NCBI GenBank assembly: GCA_951406725.2
Contig: OX597817.1
Location: 45,756,001-45,820,000 of the forward strand
Direction of reading: 5' to 3'
Length of the DNA: 64,000 nt
Source: Octopus vulgaris
Lineage: Eukaryota
Part shown: positions 25,531 through 39,826 of the stretch, one piece after another
How the letters are laid out: each line of letters begins with the position of its first letter
Numbering within the stretch: the first letter of the stretch is position 1
The notes under the pieces: generated by a model
Databases searched by the model: none
What the model saw: only the letters and a program-made list of their open reading frames with translations
What the model was told of the DNA's origin: nothing
Made by a program: the position numbers and the translations under genes

Positions 25531-26317
25531 TTTCAAGACAATTCGTCAAGATCACTAATAATGGCGAGCAGCTTTTTATTCATTCGATCTCAATGGATTC
25601 TCAACCCGGCAGTATTCATATTCCGCAGGTCTAAATGCATGAACAAAATTGTGCCGTTTTTATCATTTAACACGTGGTTTCTTATAGCTAAAAATCCCAA
25701 CTTCTGAAAGCATGATACGGCCACAGACTGTAAAACTTGTGATCACTTGTGGAATTTGTGCCACACAGCTAATCATGACACTGGAATTTGCTAACATTCC
25801 AGTATTACTCAATTTGTAATTAACGCCTCTTCTATAAAAATCCTTATTCGACCCCCCCACACACATACACAAAGACACGCACACACATACACGCATGCAA
25901 TTAACCAAACAACAACATCCAAACACACAACACGCGCACATATGTATATGGATATGTGTAACAATGTATTCTCACATGCAGTCCAGAATAATGAGGAAAT
26001 TTAACATGTGGCTTCAAGGTTGTGCACTTACATTCTCATGTATTCATTATAACATGCAAATGAATGCAAATTTAATATAATATTTATAAAGCTAATGCTG
26101 TAATTGATTGCAACGATTTTAATTATTTTTGGTAATTCTTCATCACAAAATTTAACTCATCTCATCGTTAAAAGATAAAACACTACCTTCTAATATTTAA
26201 CATTTTTCAAACGTTTGTTTATCTAGTGTTTTGGCAATTCTACAAGTACATAATTGTTATCACTCTGGAGATAGTTAGCTAAGTCAAAGAACTGGTAAAT
26301 ACTTATATCGGAATTGC

Positions 26318-26374
<57 letters not shown>

Positions 26375-26404
26375 TAGATAGATATAGCCAGTACATTCTT
26401 ATCT

Positions 26405-26439
<35 letters not shown>

Positions 26440-26442
<3 letters not shown>

Positions 26443-26642
26443 AGAATACACGAAAAAGAAACAAAATACGGAGACAGGTGGTGTAGAAAACAAACAGATG
26501 TATTAGTATAACACTCAGGAATTGAAAAGGTCTTTCACGTTTCAAGCCTACGTTCTTCCACAGAAAGGAACACAGAAAGAAACAAGGAGAAAAAGAAGGA
26601 AAGAAAAAAGTGTATGTAGCGGCTACCGATCTATCATGGCGA
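26440..26642 (-). mobile_element. PLE-type terminal fragment, same family as 9565-9780
   Basis: Shares ctcaggaat.gaaaa.gtcttt.acgtttc...cctacg.tcttc...agaaagg.acacagaa...tcatggcg. Confidence 0.55.
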
Positions 26643-26645
26643 CTG

Positions 26646-26766
26646 ATGCTTGCATGGACGCCATTTTGAGCAATGCAAGGACAGCGTTTCTTTGCGTGTC
26701 TTTCTGTGTTACTAGTAGTAAATTATGAATATGTATCTCTTTATCTATCTATCTATCTATCTATCT

Positions 26767-26806
<40 letters not shown>

Positions 26807-27623
26807 ATGTTTTATTTTAAAACTGAGATAATGCAACATAAAAAAAATTAATAATGCACGTGGGGGATTAGTACTCACATGCACACACACAAATATAATT
26901 ATATATAGGGAGAGACAGTAAATTTCGATCAGTCTGTAGTAGGACAAAAAAACAACTATCAGGAACAATAATAGTTTACTGGTGCAGAATGTTTTAGGTT
27001 TTTCACATATCGAAATTCGATAATCTGAGAAGAGTCGTTTTATACTTCACACTTCTCTATAACTGCGAATAAAAACCCAAATTCAAGAAATGCAATAATA
27101 AAATCCAGGCTTGATATGTTTCCTAGCGAATGGAACCTCGGAATTAATAATTACACAACTAGGGTTATTTCACTACCTACTCATCAGGCCGAAGATGTCT
27201 CAGTCTGCCCAATAGTGTTTGACTGAAGAGGGCTGTTTTGTGTTGCTATTGTAACCAGTAGGTTGCGCGCAATTCAGATATGTTATTAATTCCGTCAAAA
27301 CGTCACTCTACAGACGTTCGAGTTGGCATGGATGTTGCTGAAATATACATTGGAAACGTGTGGAGATAAGAATCTGTTTTAATTAACACATGCAGAAAAT
27401 AATGATAGATTGGAAAGATAAGTTGATTGGATAATACATCAGCCCAAAACAGCCCCTAATACACACATTGACTACGGAAGACAGAGATCAGCTATCAACA
27501 GCATATTTTAGCCATCTTAAGATAGCTAAAATAGGTGCCTTAACTAGGTTAGCGTTTAATCCCTAACCTGCATTATTAACTTTTTTACGTTGCATTATTA
27601 AGGTTGTAAAATAATTAAAACAT

Positions 27624-27669
<46 letters not shown>

Positions 27670-27802
27670 GATAGATAGATTGATAGAGAAATAAATATAT
27701 AGATAAAGAGATAGATATTCATAATTTACCACTAGTAAGACAGAGAAACACACGCAAAGAAACGCTGACTTCTATTGCTCAAAATGGCGTCCATGCAAAC
27801 AT
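26646..27802. mobile_element. Non-autonomous TIR/foldback element, ~225-bp inverted arms containing (GATA)n
   Basis: gcatggacgccattttgagcaat...cagcgtttctttgcgtgt...(TATC)n is mirrored by (GATA)n...acacgcaaagaaacgctg...attgctcaaaatggcgtccatgc. Confidence 0.85.
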
Positions 27803-28752
27803 GCAAATATATATATATAGTGAGAGAGAGAGAGGTAAGCACGCATTGGTTGATCGTCACGGAATAGACGTTCATTGCTTATATTTGCATACATAGATAC
27901 AAATACACATACATACACATACATAAGTATATACACACGTAATTAAATATATATTTATATGTGTGTGTGAGTATGTGTGTGCGTGTCTGTTCAGAACATA
28001 TACCTATATATTTACATAAACACGTATACGGAGATAGATTCCAAATGTCTTAATGATCACAAATCCTTTGCATAGATCTTGAGACGGAGACGTATGTATG
28101 CGCATATATAATACATACAGCATACATACAAACTGAAGGAGCGTGAAAGTTAATCAATATGATATCTGCCTTGACATCTCTATCGATCACATGCTACCGA
28201 CTTCGTATGAATTACCACTCAGGAACACTGAAATAAATTTTCATTGTAATTAACACAACTATTGATGCCATTGTCAGCAATTTCAGAATTCAGGGCGCCA
28301 TTGCTAATTCTTATTTTGTCGTGAATTAGTTTCCGACAGATTAGGCAAAAATGTTTCCAGATTACAAATTACTAATTAGATTTTCCGATATTTGTGGTCA
28401 AAGGCGTAAATGTATTTTTTATAGAAGATTTAGATAAAATACCTGTCAGGGGGCCAAGGTTTCATAATTAAATATCTCGTTTCTCTTCACATTTATTCAA
28501 TACCTTATGCGTGCGCCATCTACAAAATTTTCTCTGATTGTTAACTCTATGAATGCCAGAAAGCGACAAAAATACGATTAAAAAATATGAGGAATTTAAA
28601 GATTTTTTCCCTCCTTATATGGAGTCCAGATTTTCCAGCCATTTCATCTATGTTTCTCATTCACACTACATTATCTACATTATACAACAGGTGATTGAGC
28701 GTATAATATACGTGATTATATATATATATATATATATATAAGGTGCACACGC

Positions 28753-28797
<45 letters not shown>

Positions 28798-29099
28798 CGT
28801 ATATATATATATATATATATATATAAAACTGAGAATATGTCTGTATATATGTATGTGTGTGTATATACTTATATATATTTATGTATGTATATTTATGTGT
28901 ATATATTTACATGTGTGTATATCTATCTATATATATGTATATATATATATGTGTGTGTATATATTTATATGCATAGATATATATACATATATAAATATAT
29001 ACATATGTATATATATTTATATAAATATGCATATATATATATATATATTTGTTTATATATACGTATGTATATATAAGTCTATATATATGCATATATATG

Positions 29100-29156
<57 letters not shown>

Positions 29157-31005
29157 GTGTGTGTGTATAGTAAAATCTATTGTTGAAAATGCACCTAAAT
29201 TTCAACAACTCGTAAATGTTTAAAATACATTTATTTACATATATATCAAACTAGTTTCAGCAAGATTTTTTGTTTCTCAATGGTAACAATTTAAAATTAT
29301 GAATTTAGATAAACATCTTTAAAAGTTTCAATGCTGACAAATTAAAATGTTTCAATGCTGACAAATTAACATGTTCAAAAAAGATAAATTTAGCATTATG
29401 AATTAGGAGAACAGGTGTAAGTTTGAATGTTTATAGCAGTCAATAATATAAAAACAGTATATCAATTTGTTTGAATGTACAAAGTTCATTAATTTTAGTG
29501 GTGGTCGACAAGTCATACCGAAAAAGACAAGGCAAAAATGAAAATAGTGAAAAAAAGAGAATTTGGTTTACAGTTTCTCTCACCGTCTTCCTGAAGACGC
29601 TTTCGCTTGTAGTGTTATGTTTTGGGATCAGGTGTATTTATAATTTTTTTTTTCCGAGAGCGGGTCTGACTTTTGATTCGTTAAAATATTGGTGACGTTT
29701 TTTATTCCGGTGGTCAAGCTTGTCGTTCTGCTTGGCTGGTTTCTCAGTGGAAACGGTCATAAGTCGTTCAGGTTTGTTGGTTCTCTTAGAGGATCATTTC
29801 GTTGTATTTGCTGAATTTCGGTTTTGATTCGTCAGGAGTTAAGTGACGCCGGCAACTGGTGTTTGCATGGTGATTTGGAGTTATGGTTTCGGAACCCGTA
29901 TGGAAGATAGTTACTAAAGTTTTTGAAAAAAAAACGGGTACGCAAACACACCAGCATCGGTTGTCAGGCGATGTTGGAGTGGGGGACAAACACAGACACA
30001 CAAACACACACACATAAATTATAAATAACGATAAATCTTTGACTGATTATCATCGAATCTAGACAATTTGTCACGCCATTCGCCAACGAAGATCTTCTCA
30101 ATATGAGAAGGGAAGTTTATATCAAAGACCAAATAGTTTAGAAAGTTGACTTGCCTTAAACAAAAGTGCGAGCATATTGTCTAAATATAAGTCGATATTC
30201 GTGGATGTATGTTTCGCTTTCAATCAGTGTCATCAGCACGCCAATTTTCTTATATCTCTACAAGTCAAGAGATTTAGAGATATACAAAACTGCGTCTCCT
30301 TCCTTAACAGCTTGTCAACTTTGTAGAATTCCTGATAGCGGAGATTATCTTCTCTTCAGATTTGTATCTGGTATCAGTTACCATCTAACTATACTAATAT
30401 ACTCAAACCCACTTCAGCCCGTGGTCGTAGAGAAGCATACTGGCAAACAAAACATGCTATACTAAGGAAAACAATTATTTTCTTTCGTTCATTACTCTAT
30501 TTTCTGATCTTTCCACCACAACAAATTCAAATAACGATGTGAGTCTTCCTATTGCCGTGCAATTTAAGTGAACCTTCCCGAACGAACATGTTGCTTCTCG
30601 TACCTCTTAAACAAGATACCATGTTAGCCAATGAAAATTACCACTTCATTCTTCATTTTCATTTATTTATCTTTTCTTTTGCTTTTTGTGCAAAAGGTCA
30701 TCTAATAACGCATATTCCTGCTCACAATTTTCGAATAATCGGCAACGCCTCGGTCAATTAAATTCAATATGCTCGATCGATTTTATTCAGAGCGTATATT
30801 TCCGTTCGTATTACCGAACATATGAACACACATGCACACACATACACTCACACATATGCATGCACACACACACACACACGCACTCACACACACACACTAA
30901 AAATCACACATATATAAGCACAAACTCATAAACGTGCTAACATACATGCATATAATATGCATACATACATTACAATTATACACATATATATATATATTCG
31001 TACAA

Positions 31006-31062
<57 letters not shown>

Positions 31063-31569
31063 TATAATGTTTTTACGTATGTATTCTAGTATTTATGCAT
31101 GCATGTATGCATATACGTATGTACATTTTTATGTATGTATGGTTGTAAACGAATTTGAAGTGAACATAATTAAAGCGTTTGAAATGTGAGTGTATAGGGT
31201 AATGTTACGAAACTCTTAGAAGGATTACGGGAGGAATTAATGGGTATTATATCACGCAGGTGAAAGTTTACAATTCCTGTACATTGGGAAAAAAACAAAA
31301 ATTCATCTGTTATGGCCATATTCGAAAAACCGGCTGATTGGAAAACATTACTATTTCAGGAAGTGTAGGGGTCAGCAGTTTAACGGGCGAGCAAGGAAGA
31401 CACTGGAGAGAAATTATCAAGTGCTGGTTCGACAAGAGTGACGAGGAAGCTGGAGAACTTCCACTTAATCCAGAAGACTTCCCTTGTAGTGTCATTTATG
31501 CACTGCAGACGTACGATATATGGCGACGACGACGACGTCTCTGCCTCGAACGATGAAGGCCTTTCAGTC

Positions 31570-31874
31570 CAGGGGTTCTCGACCACTTTTTTCTTATCTA
31601 TAGACTCCTTTGATTATGATGTTTTACTGGTGAACCCCTATAGACATTCGATATTTAAAAACTAGATTTACTAAATTCCCTACTTTGTTTGTTGTACATT
31701 AACTTGTGTAGGTTGAACTATGTAAAATGTGAAAGAAAGAAACCTGGCTGCTTCCTTTACAGCAAACTTTTTTCAGGGGTTCTTAAAGTACTATTGCAGA
31801 TCTCCAATTTACTATTTTGTTGCGTAACCCCCCAAAATCTCAACGGGCATATGGATACTTGTTGAGAACCACTG
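31570..31874. mobile_element. hAT-type MITE
   Basis: Termini CAGGGGTTCTCGAC / GTTGAGAACCACTG; putative 8-bp TSD is degenerate (5/8). Confidence 0.65.
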
Positions 31875-32486
31875 GTTTAGGCGTTCACTGTTGTATCGTG
31901 ACAAACCCGACGAATATATATACTATTGAGACGCCACCCGTCCGCTGCTCGAACAGTACGACATGTCATCCAGAAGCTAGAATGATAGATATGCTGGTAG
32001 CCGTCGTGAGAGAAAGACAAGAATCGGCTTACCGAGACAACTCCAGAGATAATTCTAATTTTGACCAAAGGTCAACGATCTTGCGGGGAGATGGATGTTG
32101 ATTATATTGCCTCAAGTGCTTTACTGGTAGCAATTTTATTGACGCGGAAATGATGAAAACCAACATTGACACTGGCGGCATTTGAACTCAGAACGTAAAT
32201 AGCCGAAAGAAAAGACATTACGCGTTTTGTCCAGCGCGGTAACAAACCTGCTTGTTGGCCTTCCTTGAGCCATTAGTGTTTATTTTAAATGTTAACAGAA
32301 ACCAGTAATTTTGAATGGAGCATGTAAGTCTGTTACGTTGCTCCCATGCTCAAATAATTCTTATTTTATCGAATCCTACGTCATGGACGACACATTTGGC
32401 ATCGACTGCATTTGAATTTACAGATTAAAGAGATGGAAATATTATGAGAGCTCACCCCTTTATCGACTTAGTAATAATTATATCTA

Positions 32487-33039
32487 TTGGGTTGTCCGGA
32501 AAGTTCATGTCGGATTTTAAAGGAAAGAAAACGGTCAATAAATACTTGCCATTACCTTTTATTCAACGAAATATGAACCATTTTGTTACACAATGCGTCT
32601 CCATCTTTCCTTTAACATGAAAATACCCTCTTCCCAGAACTGAGGTGGTTTTATGGCAAAGCATTCATCAAGGTATCTTTTTACGTCATCCAACGAATTG
32701 AAATTTTTACCGTTAAGACTATTCTGCAGAGACCTGAATAAGTGGAAATCCGAAGGAACAATATCTGGTGGGGTAACATATCCCAGCCGAGCTGCAGCAA
32801 TCTTTGTCTGGTTTACAAAGTATCAAGTACCGAAAAGGAACTTTCTTATCTTCCATTTTTAAAGGGTTACAGAATTAACACAGGTTATAGGAATATAAAT
32901 CTTCTTCCACGAAAAGGTAGCCTAAACTGTGCTCTAAATGGAGGTGTAGTCAAATCCTATTTTATGGACTCAACCATGTTCTAAAATAAGTCGAAATGTA
33001 AGCTACTATAAATCGACACGAACTTTCCGGGCAACCCAA
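32487..33039 (-). mobile_element. Internally deleted mariner element
   Basis: TIRs ttgggttg(t/c)ccggaaagttc(a/g)tgtcg with TA on both sides; minus remnants MEDKKVPFRYL and LQLGWDMLPH..PDIVPSDFHLFRSLQNSLNGKNF...ERWRRIV. Confidence 0.92.
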
Positions 33040-33644
33040 TACAATAAGCAATATTGCTGAAAGAAGTTAGTCAATACCATTGGCTCGGTTGTTCAGCTGG
33101 TACTTCGAAAGTATCAAAGAAAAACATCAACCAGAATGCATTTTGAAGCAGAATGTAAAGAGTCGAGAAAATGCCTCTAAGCATTTTGCTCGACAGAATA
33201 ACGACTCTGCTAGCTCACCGCATCTATCGAAACAGTAATGATAGACAAAAAACTCAAAGCTTACCTTGGTCGGATTTGAAATTATTTCGAATGAAATTAC
33301 TATAAAGCAATGTTGTGACGACGGAACGACTTGGCTATGTTGCACCATATTCATATTAATTAACAAAATATTGTTACTGTCGATTGCACAATTTTGCAAA
33401 TTCGGCAGAGCAACTCATTTCTGTCAGAGTTTATGAATAATATGACCTTTTATAAGGTAATGTTCGCTCAATTGTTAGTAAGTGATTAATCGATCTCTGA
33501 TCAAGTGTTAACAACGCGGCAATTAGTCAAACCCAGCTTACTTTATTCTCCATAATCCAAAAAATCCTTCATTTTGTCGACAAGTGACTAATTATTATGC
33601 TCTTCACTACAAAAACATCTTACTGTTTACCTTACATTTCCTTA

Positions 33645-33696
33645 GATAGATAGACAAATAGATAGATGAAATGGATAGATAGATAGATACATGCAG

Positions 33697-33773
<77 letters not shown>

Positions 33774-33852
33774 CAGATATATATATAGAGAGAAAGATAA
33801 ATAGATAGATAGATGGATAGATAGATAGTTTGATGAATTAATAGATAGATGA
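33645..33852. repeat. (GATA)n microsatellite
   Basis: Read directly. Confidence 0.95.
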
Positions 33853-35516
33853 ATAGGCATATATGTGATAACCCAATATAGATATATATATATATGCAGT
33901 GTTTGTGTGTTTGTGCATGGCTGTGTCTGTGTATGTGTGCGTGTTTGTATGTTACATGCAGACCGGAAGACCAAAATGCATACATGTGTGTATGCATCTA
34001 TATATTTATGAGCACATGCAAGTATATATAACTTTATCGATGACGATATATCTGCCTATTTATACAATAGATAGATAAATAGATACAGAGAGATAGGGAG
34101 GAAGGGATATATATATACACACATTAGTTTAATATTTTGCTCCCTATTTTTCTGAACTTGACAACTGGAAATATCCGCACCTTAAACACGGAGCGAAGGC
34201 CAACCACGTTGGTGTTGCTATACTGAAATGCATATTTGTTGCAACTGATAAAGAAGAGTATATATGTATATATATATATATGCGTATTTTATTTTGTGAG
34301 GTCTTTATATATGCATCAGTGTCTCTAAATTTATAAATGTGCTTTCGCGTGTGTGTTGTGTTTGTGTGCGCGTGCGCGTGCGCGTGCATGTGTATGTATG
34401 TGTTTATGTATGTGCAAGTATGTCTATTTTACTAACAGTATGGTGGGATTGGATCAATGATTAGTTCACACAGGACTTTAGTAAATGGAGTCAATTTTGT
34501 GACCTTTCATTATAATGTCAAACAAAGCATATTTCAATGGTTAATCAGTTCCATTGACCATTTTCCTGAAAAATATTGCCGGCAGCTAGCTGGACCTAGG
34601 CAATGTTAAAGAAAATCTTTCTTCACAGAATCGGTTTCGTCAGCGTTCGAGCACTGAAGCTTCGTTCATATGCTACAAACCTTACACGTTTATTTTGTAT
34701 TGAAACGCAATAAAAGAGAATCCAAGAAAACTTGAGATATTCTCCTTCAACCAAACTAAATAAAACTAGTCTACGCTATAGAGCAAATGTATGTTGTGAA
34801 TTACAGATATCTAATGGACAGATATCAAAACTACAGCTAATACATGAATTTCGTTTTTGTATTTGACTTCTTGATTTGAACTCGCACGCTGGAGCAGTTA
34901 TTCTTGTATCTCTTGGGGATCGTTATGACAATAATAAACATGCAGCCTAATTTTAGGATTATTAATCAACTGATTAAATATTGAACAAATTAATTAATCG
35001 ATTGTTTTATTAAATGATCGTTCAAGCAATCAGGCATGGTTTGTGAAAGTAATTTTGTCGTCATTTTTTGACCTTACGAACGACTTGCAATCTCTACACC
35101 GACCGAGTCTGTTTCAAGTCTGTCTTTATTTAAATGTTTATCGGAGACTGTTTTTTGGTTAAACATTTGATGTTTTTTTTTCTATTAGCACAGTAAGGAA
35201 AATAATTAAACCCTATCAGTAAACTAAAACTCGAAACTTAATAAATGGCTATATACAGGGCTTTTAAACAATTACATAGCCCTCAAAATCACACCCTACC
35301 GGCCTTAAATTCCTCGTTATGGTATACTGGATGGAAAATATATCAAAACCCGAAGAAAATAGGTGGTCGCAAATGAAATGTATTTGATCTAAGATCTCCT
35401 CTTATAGTGCTGCACGGGGTACGAAATCCAAATGTGCCCTGCAGTTGAGCATTGTTCACAACGCATCGCTTTTTGTATACGATTTCCAACATAGCCTTAT
35501 ATAACTTGATTCGAAA

Positions 35517-35749
35517 GGCGGCGAGCTGGCAGGAACGTTAGCGTGCCGGGAGAAATGCTTTGCGGTATTTCGTCTTTCCTTACGTTCTGAGTTCAAATTC
35601 CGCCTAGGTCAACTTTGCCTTTCATTTTTTTCGGGGTTGATAAATAAAAATGCCAGTTTCGCACTGGGGTCAATGTAATCGACTTAATCCCTTTGTCTGT
35701 CCTTGTTTGTCCCCTCTATGTTTAGTCTCTTGAGGGAAGTAAAGAAATA
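35517..35749 (+). mobile_element. SINE family B monomer
   Basis: ggcggcgagctggcag...gagttcaaattcc...gtaaagaaat; flanking direct repeat ataacttgattc. Confidence 0.88.
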
Positions 35750-36632
35750 TACATAACTTGATTCAGTGAATATGATTTTATATTATTTATTTTTTACGAG
35801 AAATATTTCGTTTTTACATAACTAAGATTATACAGCCCTTCAAAGAATTATCTCTACTAACTAAGTGAAATAAGGGATTCTGCATTTGCATTTAACAATA
35901 CAATTCTCTTTAATAGTCATCGTCATATTTTTATTTCATTTTAATCTATAATATATATATACATATATATATTCTATATATATTGTCACAAGAATTCTGC
36001 AATTTTCATGTTTATCAAAACGTTTCTCGCTTCAAATTATTTATTCGAAAGTACAATGGAGCTGAAATTAGAATACTTATCATCAATGTCATAGTTACAA
36101 TTTAATATCATTTATATTGTGTCTCTGATGAAATATCATATGCAAAAATAAAACAAACTTCTACTTAATATTCATAGCGATATCAATCTTTAAAATAATG
36201 TAATGAAATCTCCAGGTATGTACATTTGCATACAGAAAGTTTCTCTCTCACTCTCCTTCTGTCTTTCTCTCCTCATTTCTAATACACACTATATATATTT
36301 ATATACAATATTTTAACTGATAGTATTACAAATTTTAAAAGAAAAATAATTATATTCAGACAATATCTATGAGTGTGCGCACCCGCACAGGCACTTACGT
36401 GTGGGTGTGCTTCTCTTTGCAGCAGTATTCCTATTTACATTATAATGAATGCATTCAAACGCAAAATATCGAATTCAACAAATTCTTATAGTTTATACGC
36501 ATCAAGTATTTAGTCTCGATAAAACTGATAAATATATTAAACTAGTCGTTTACGTAATAAGAATCTAGAAACTTCGAGAGGTATAAAACAAATTGCTTTT
36601 GACAGTGAAACTTGGCGTATGTAAAACTATAG

Positions 36633-36958
36633 GAGCACTCCGTCGGTTACGACGACGAGTGTCCCAGCTGATACGATCAACGGAACAGCTTGCTCGCGAA
36701 ATTAACTTGCAAGTAGCTGAGCACTCCATAGACACGTGTACCCTTAACGTAGTTCGCAAGGAGATTCAGCGTAACACAGAGTGTGGCAAGGCTGGCCCTT
36801 TTGAAATACAGGTACTACTCATTTTTGCCAGCTGAGTGGACTGGAGCAACGTGAAATAAAGTGTCTTGCTCAAAGAGACAACGCGTCGCCGGAAATCGAA
36901 CTCACAACCTTATGATTATGAGCCAAATGCCCTAACCACTAAGCCACACGACCTCACA
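36633..36958 (-). mobile_element. tRNA-derived SINE, family D, with a 12-bp TSD
   Basis: Minus TGGCTTAGTGG...GAGTTCGATTTC; TSD gtaaaactatag at 36621 and 36959. Confidence 0.88.
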
Positions 36959-37876
36959 GTAAAACTATAGTAATTAGGTATAGAATACCATATTACAAAA
37001 ACAACCCTTCGATGAAATAAAGCCGAAGACTACCCCACGGTCAGATCCATCATTATATATGATTTACTTCAACAAGTAACTGTAACGTAATCACATTTAC
37101 ACGTTTGGAAACAGAAGATGTTTAATAGCTGAGTCTATATTTCAAACAACACAAAATATTGAAGATTCCACAATAATTTCCTGCCTAATAAACCATATAT
37201 TAAGTTTAAACTGTTTTGGGAGTAAAATGTACATGTTATTCCGACTGACTTCTCTTAAACATTTCGCAAGTCCTGAGAGAAACAATATGTCTTAATTTTC
37301 AAATTGATTTCATTAACAGAAATGTTTTGACAGTTCTTTACATATGGGTTTGATAAACCCGAAGGAAAAAATACAACTCTCTTGTACAGTAATGAAATAT
37401 AGTTCAGCTGCCTGCTTCATGCTCACTTCTTGCTGAATATATACATACTGATCTTAGAAATTTCCTGTTATAGTGGGTGAAGTAAACTGACTTCATTTTG
37501 TAGACAATTATTGATGCAGTTAAGTGGTGGTATCTCATCTCGCTGTATATGATATACAGAAACGTGCACGGCAAATACTTACCTTTGTATTCTGAGAAGT
37601 TAAAAATTGTTTTTAGTAAGTAAATGAATACATATTTTTCCGGCAAATTTAGTGGAATTATATAGAAATAGAAATAGGAAATGCATTATAGTGAAAAAAT
37701 ATATATGCCATAATAGTGTACCTAGAATACTACAAAACACGAGGGCGCAATCTATCCTGGTTTCCAGAACGGTTTGGATTTGAAGTACTGGACTTATCTC
37801 AACTAAGTAGGAAGCCTCTTCCTCTCTTGCTTGAACGTCAGAGTCCTCTGGTATTCTGAATTTCACTTGAAGTATA

Positions 37877-38180
37877 TACGAGGTCTGATCAATAAGTATA
37901 AGGACTGGTGTCATATTAAAAACTCTAAAGCACGCAGAATAAAGCCGCTTGGCATAGATTGATCGGAAACTCTGGTGTGCATACGCACTAAGTTTTAACG
38001 CTCTAGCTCACTTCTGTCGTTTACATCAATGCTTGGAAGGAAGGTGTGTAGCGTGTGATCGTCGCATTGAGCATGATAGAGAAAGTTGTCATGGTGATAC
38101 CTGGTCAGAGGCCTACGAAAAGTTGCAGAAAGTGAGTGGAGAGGGGTTGTATGAGCAGCACACAAGTGTATGGATGTTAC
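37877..38180 (+). mobile_element. Mariner 5' fragment (one TIR plus transposase N-terminal remnant)
   Basis: Starts tacgaggtctgatcaataagta; remnant SEAYEKLQKV.GE followed by atgagc.gcacacaagtgtat (HTH region). Confidence 0.65.
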
Positions 38181-39638
38181 AGATATATATATGCGGGGAG
38201 AAAGGAAAAGATTTATTTTTTTACAATTTCTATCGTGCTGTGTGTTGTTTTCTTTTTCAATTTCACTCTCAGTGTGTTGGTCTCTTCATCTTCTCAGGTA
38301 AAGCTGTTTTTATAAAAACTCTAAATGACTGATCTTTCAATAATCTACATTTGCTATGATCTTCACCAAACATTTACACTTATATTACTATCTATTTCTT
38401 TGAAACACATTAAAATTTCTGTGAACATTTGAACATTTGATCGTTGAAACATGTTTTTTAGATGATTTTATCTTGTAAATTTAAACTCTCCTAAACCCTT
38501 TACTTATAGATTTGTACGTTTGATAAGCAAAACCTTGTCGATACCCGTTAAGTATGTGAATAAATTTATTACAAAATTTTAAAACGCCTACACGTTTTGA
38601 GATTCAGGTGCATTTTCAAATGCGGAATGTGACTGAGAATTTTTATATGCTTAGCAGACAACTTATACCCGTCGTTGACAAAGAATTCAATGACGGCATG
38701 TTGCTTCGGTGCGGAATCCATTATGCAACCGCATTAGAGGAGGACATAAAATGTATTATTACAGAGGGGAGTTACTGTAAGAAAAATGTTGATGAATAAT
38801 CATACATTTAAATACTGTTGCAAGATCTTTTGAAAGCACGGGTGATTTCGTTGAAACATTTTATCAGTATACCGTAGCTTCAACTTCGAGTGTCCAAGAG
38901 ATTTTTATGACAAAATTTGGGATTCCCTTCCTAAATATGACACGCAATCCTTCTTTGCTTCGTTCGAAGAGGAACACTTAATGAATCCAGTATTCCTGTA
39001 TGCCTGTTCGTATTACATTATTCTATAAATACTATATACGCGAGTACAGTTAAGTGCTTTAAACGTTTGTGCATCTACCTATATATACATATGTGTATAT
39101 AAATTTGTGTTCTTGTGTTCGTGAGTATATATAATGGGTTGGCATTTTTCTTATTAAATCCAGCAATTATTTCCTGCAAATAATGGCTTCCTCGATTTCG
39201 TATAAAATCTTAGACAGAAATGTTGGTATCAAAAATTGCACTGTTGCAAATGTAATTTTTCCAGGACAAATTGAATTATAAACTTCAGCGATATTTCTAC
39301 AACTATGTGTATTTTTATAATTCTATATAAATCAAATCTTACGCATAACAACAATGTACAGTCAAGTTATCGGTAAACATTCTGCAGAAATAAACAATAA
39401 CTCGATCAATCTTTCTGAAATTACTTTCTCAGAATAGGTCTTCATGTGGCGGTCAGTCTAAATTAAACGAACATATATTCTCCTATATATTATTCGTCAT
39501 GCTGAATGCAACATCTTTCGGAAAGATACCATCGTAAACTGTACATCAATATATTGATAACTTATGTATATATGTGTGTGTGCGAGTGCTTCTGTCTCTG
39601 TTGCGTGTGTATGTTTATACATACATACATATATATAC

Positions 39639-39688
<50 letters not shown>

Positions 39689-39719
39689 GCATGTATATAT
39701 ATATATATATATAAATATA

Positions 39720-39750
<31 letters not shown>

Positions 39751-39792
39751 TTGTATGCACACATACACACACACGCAGATACACACATATAC

Positions 39793-39826
<34 letters not shown>

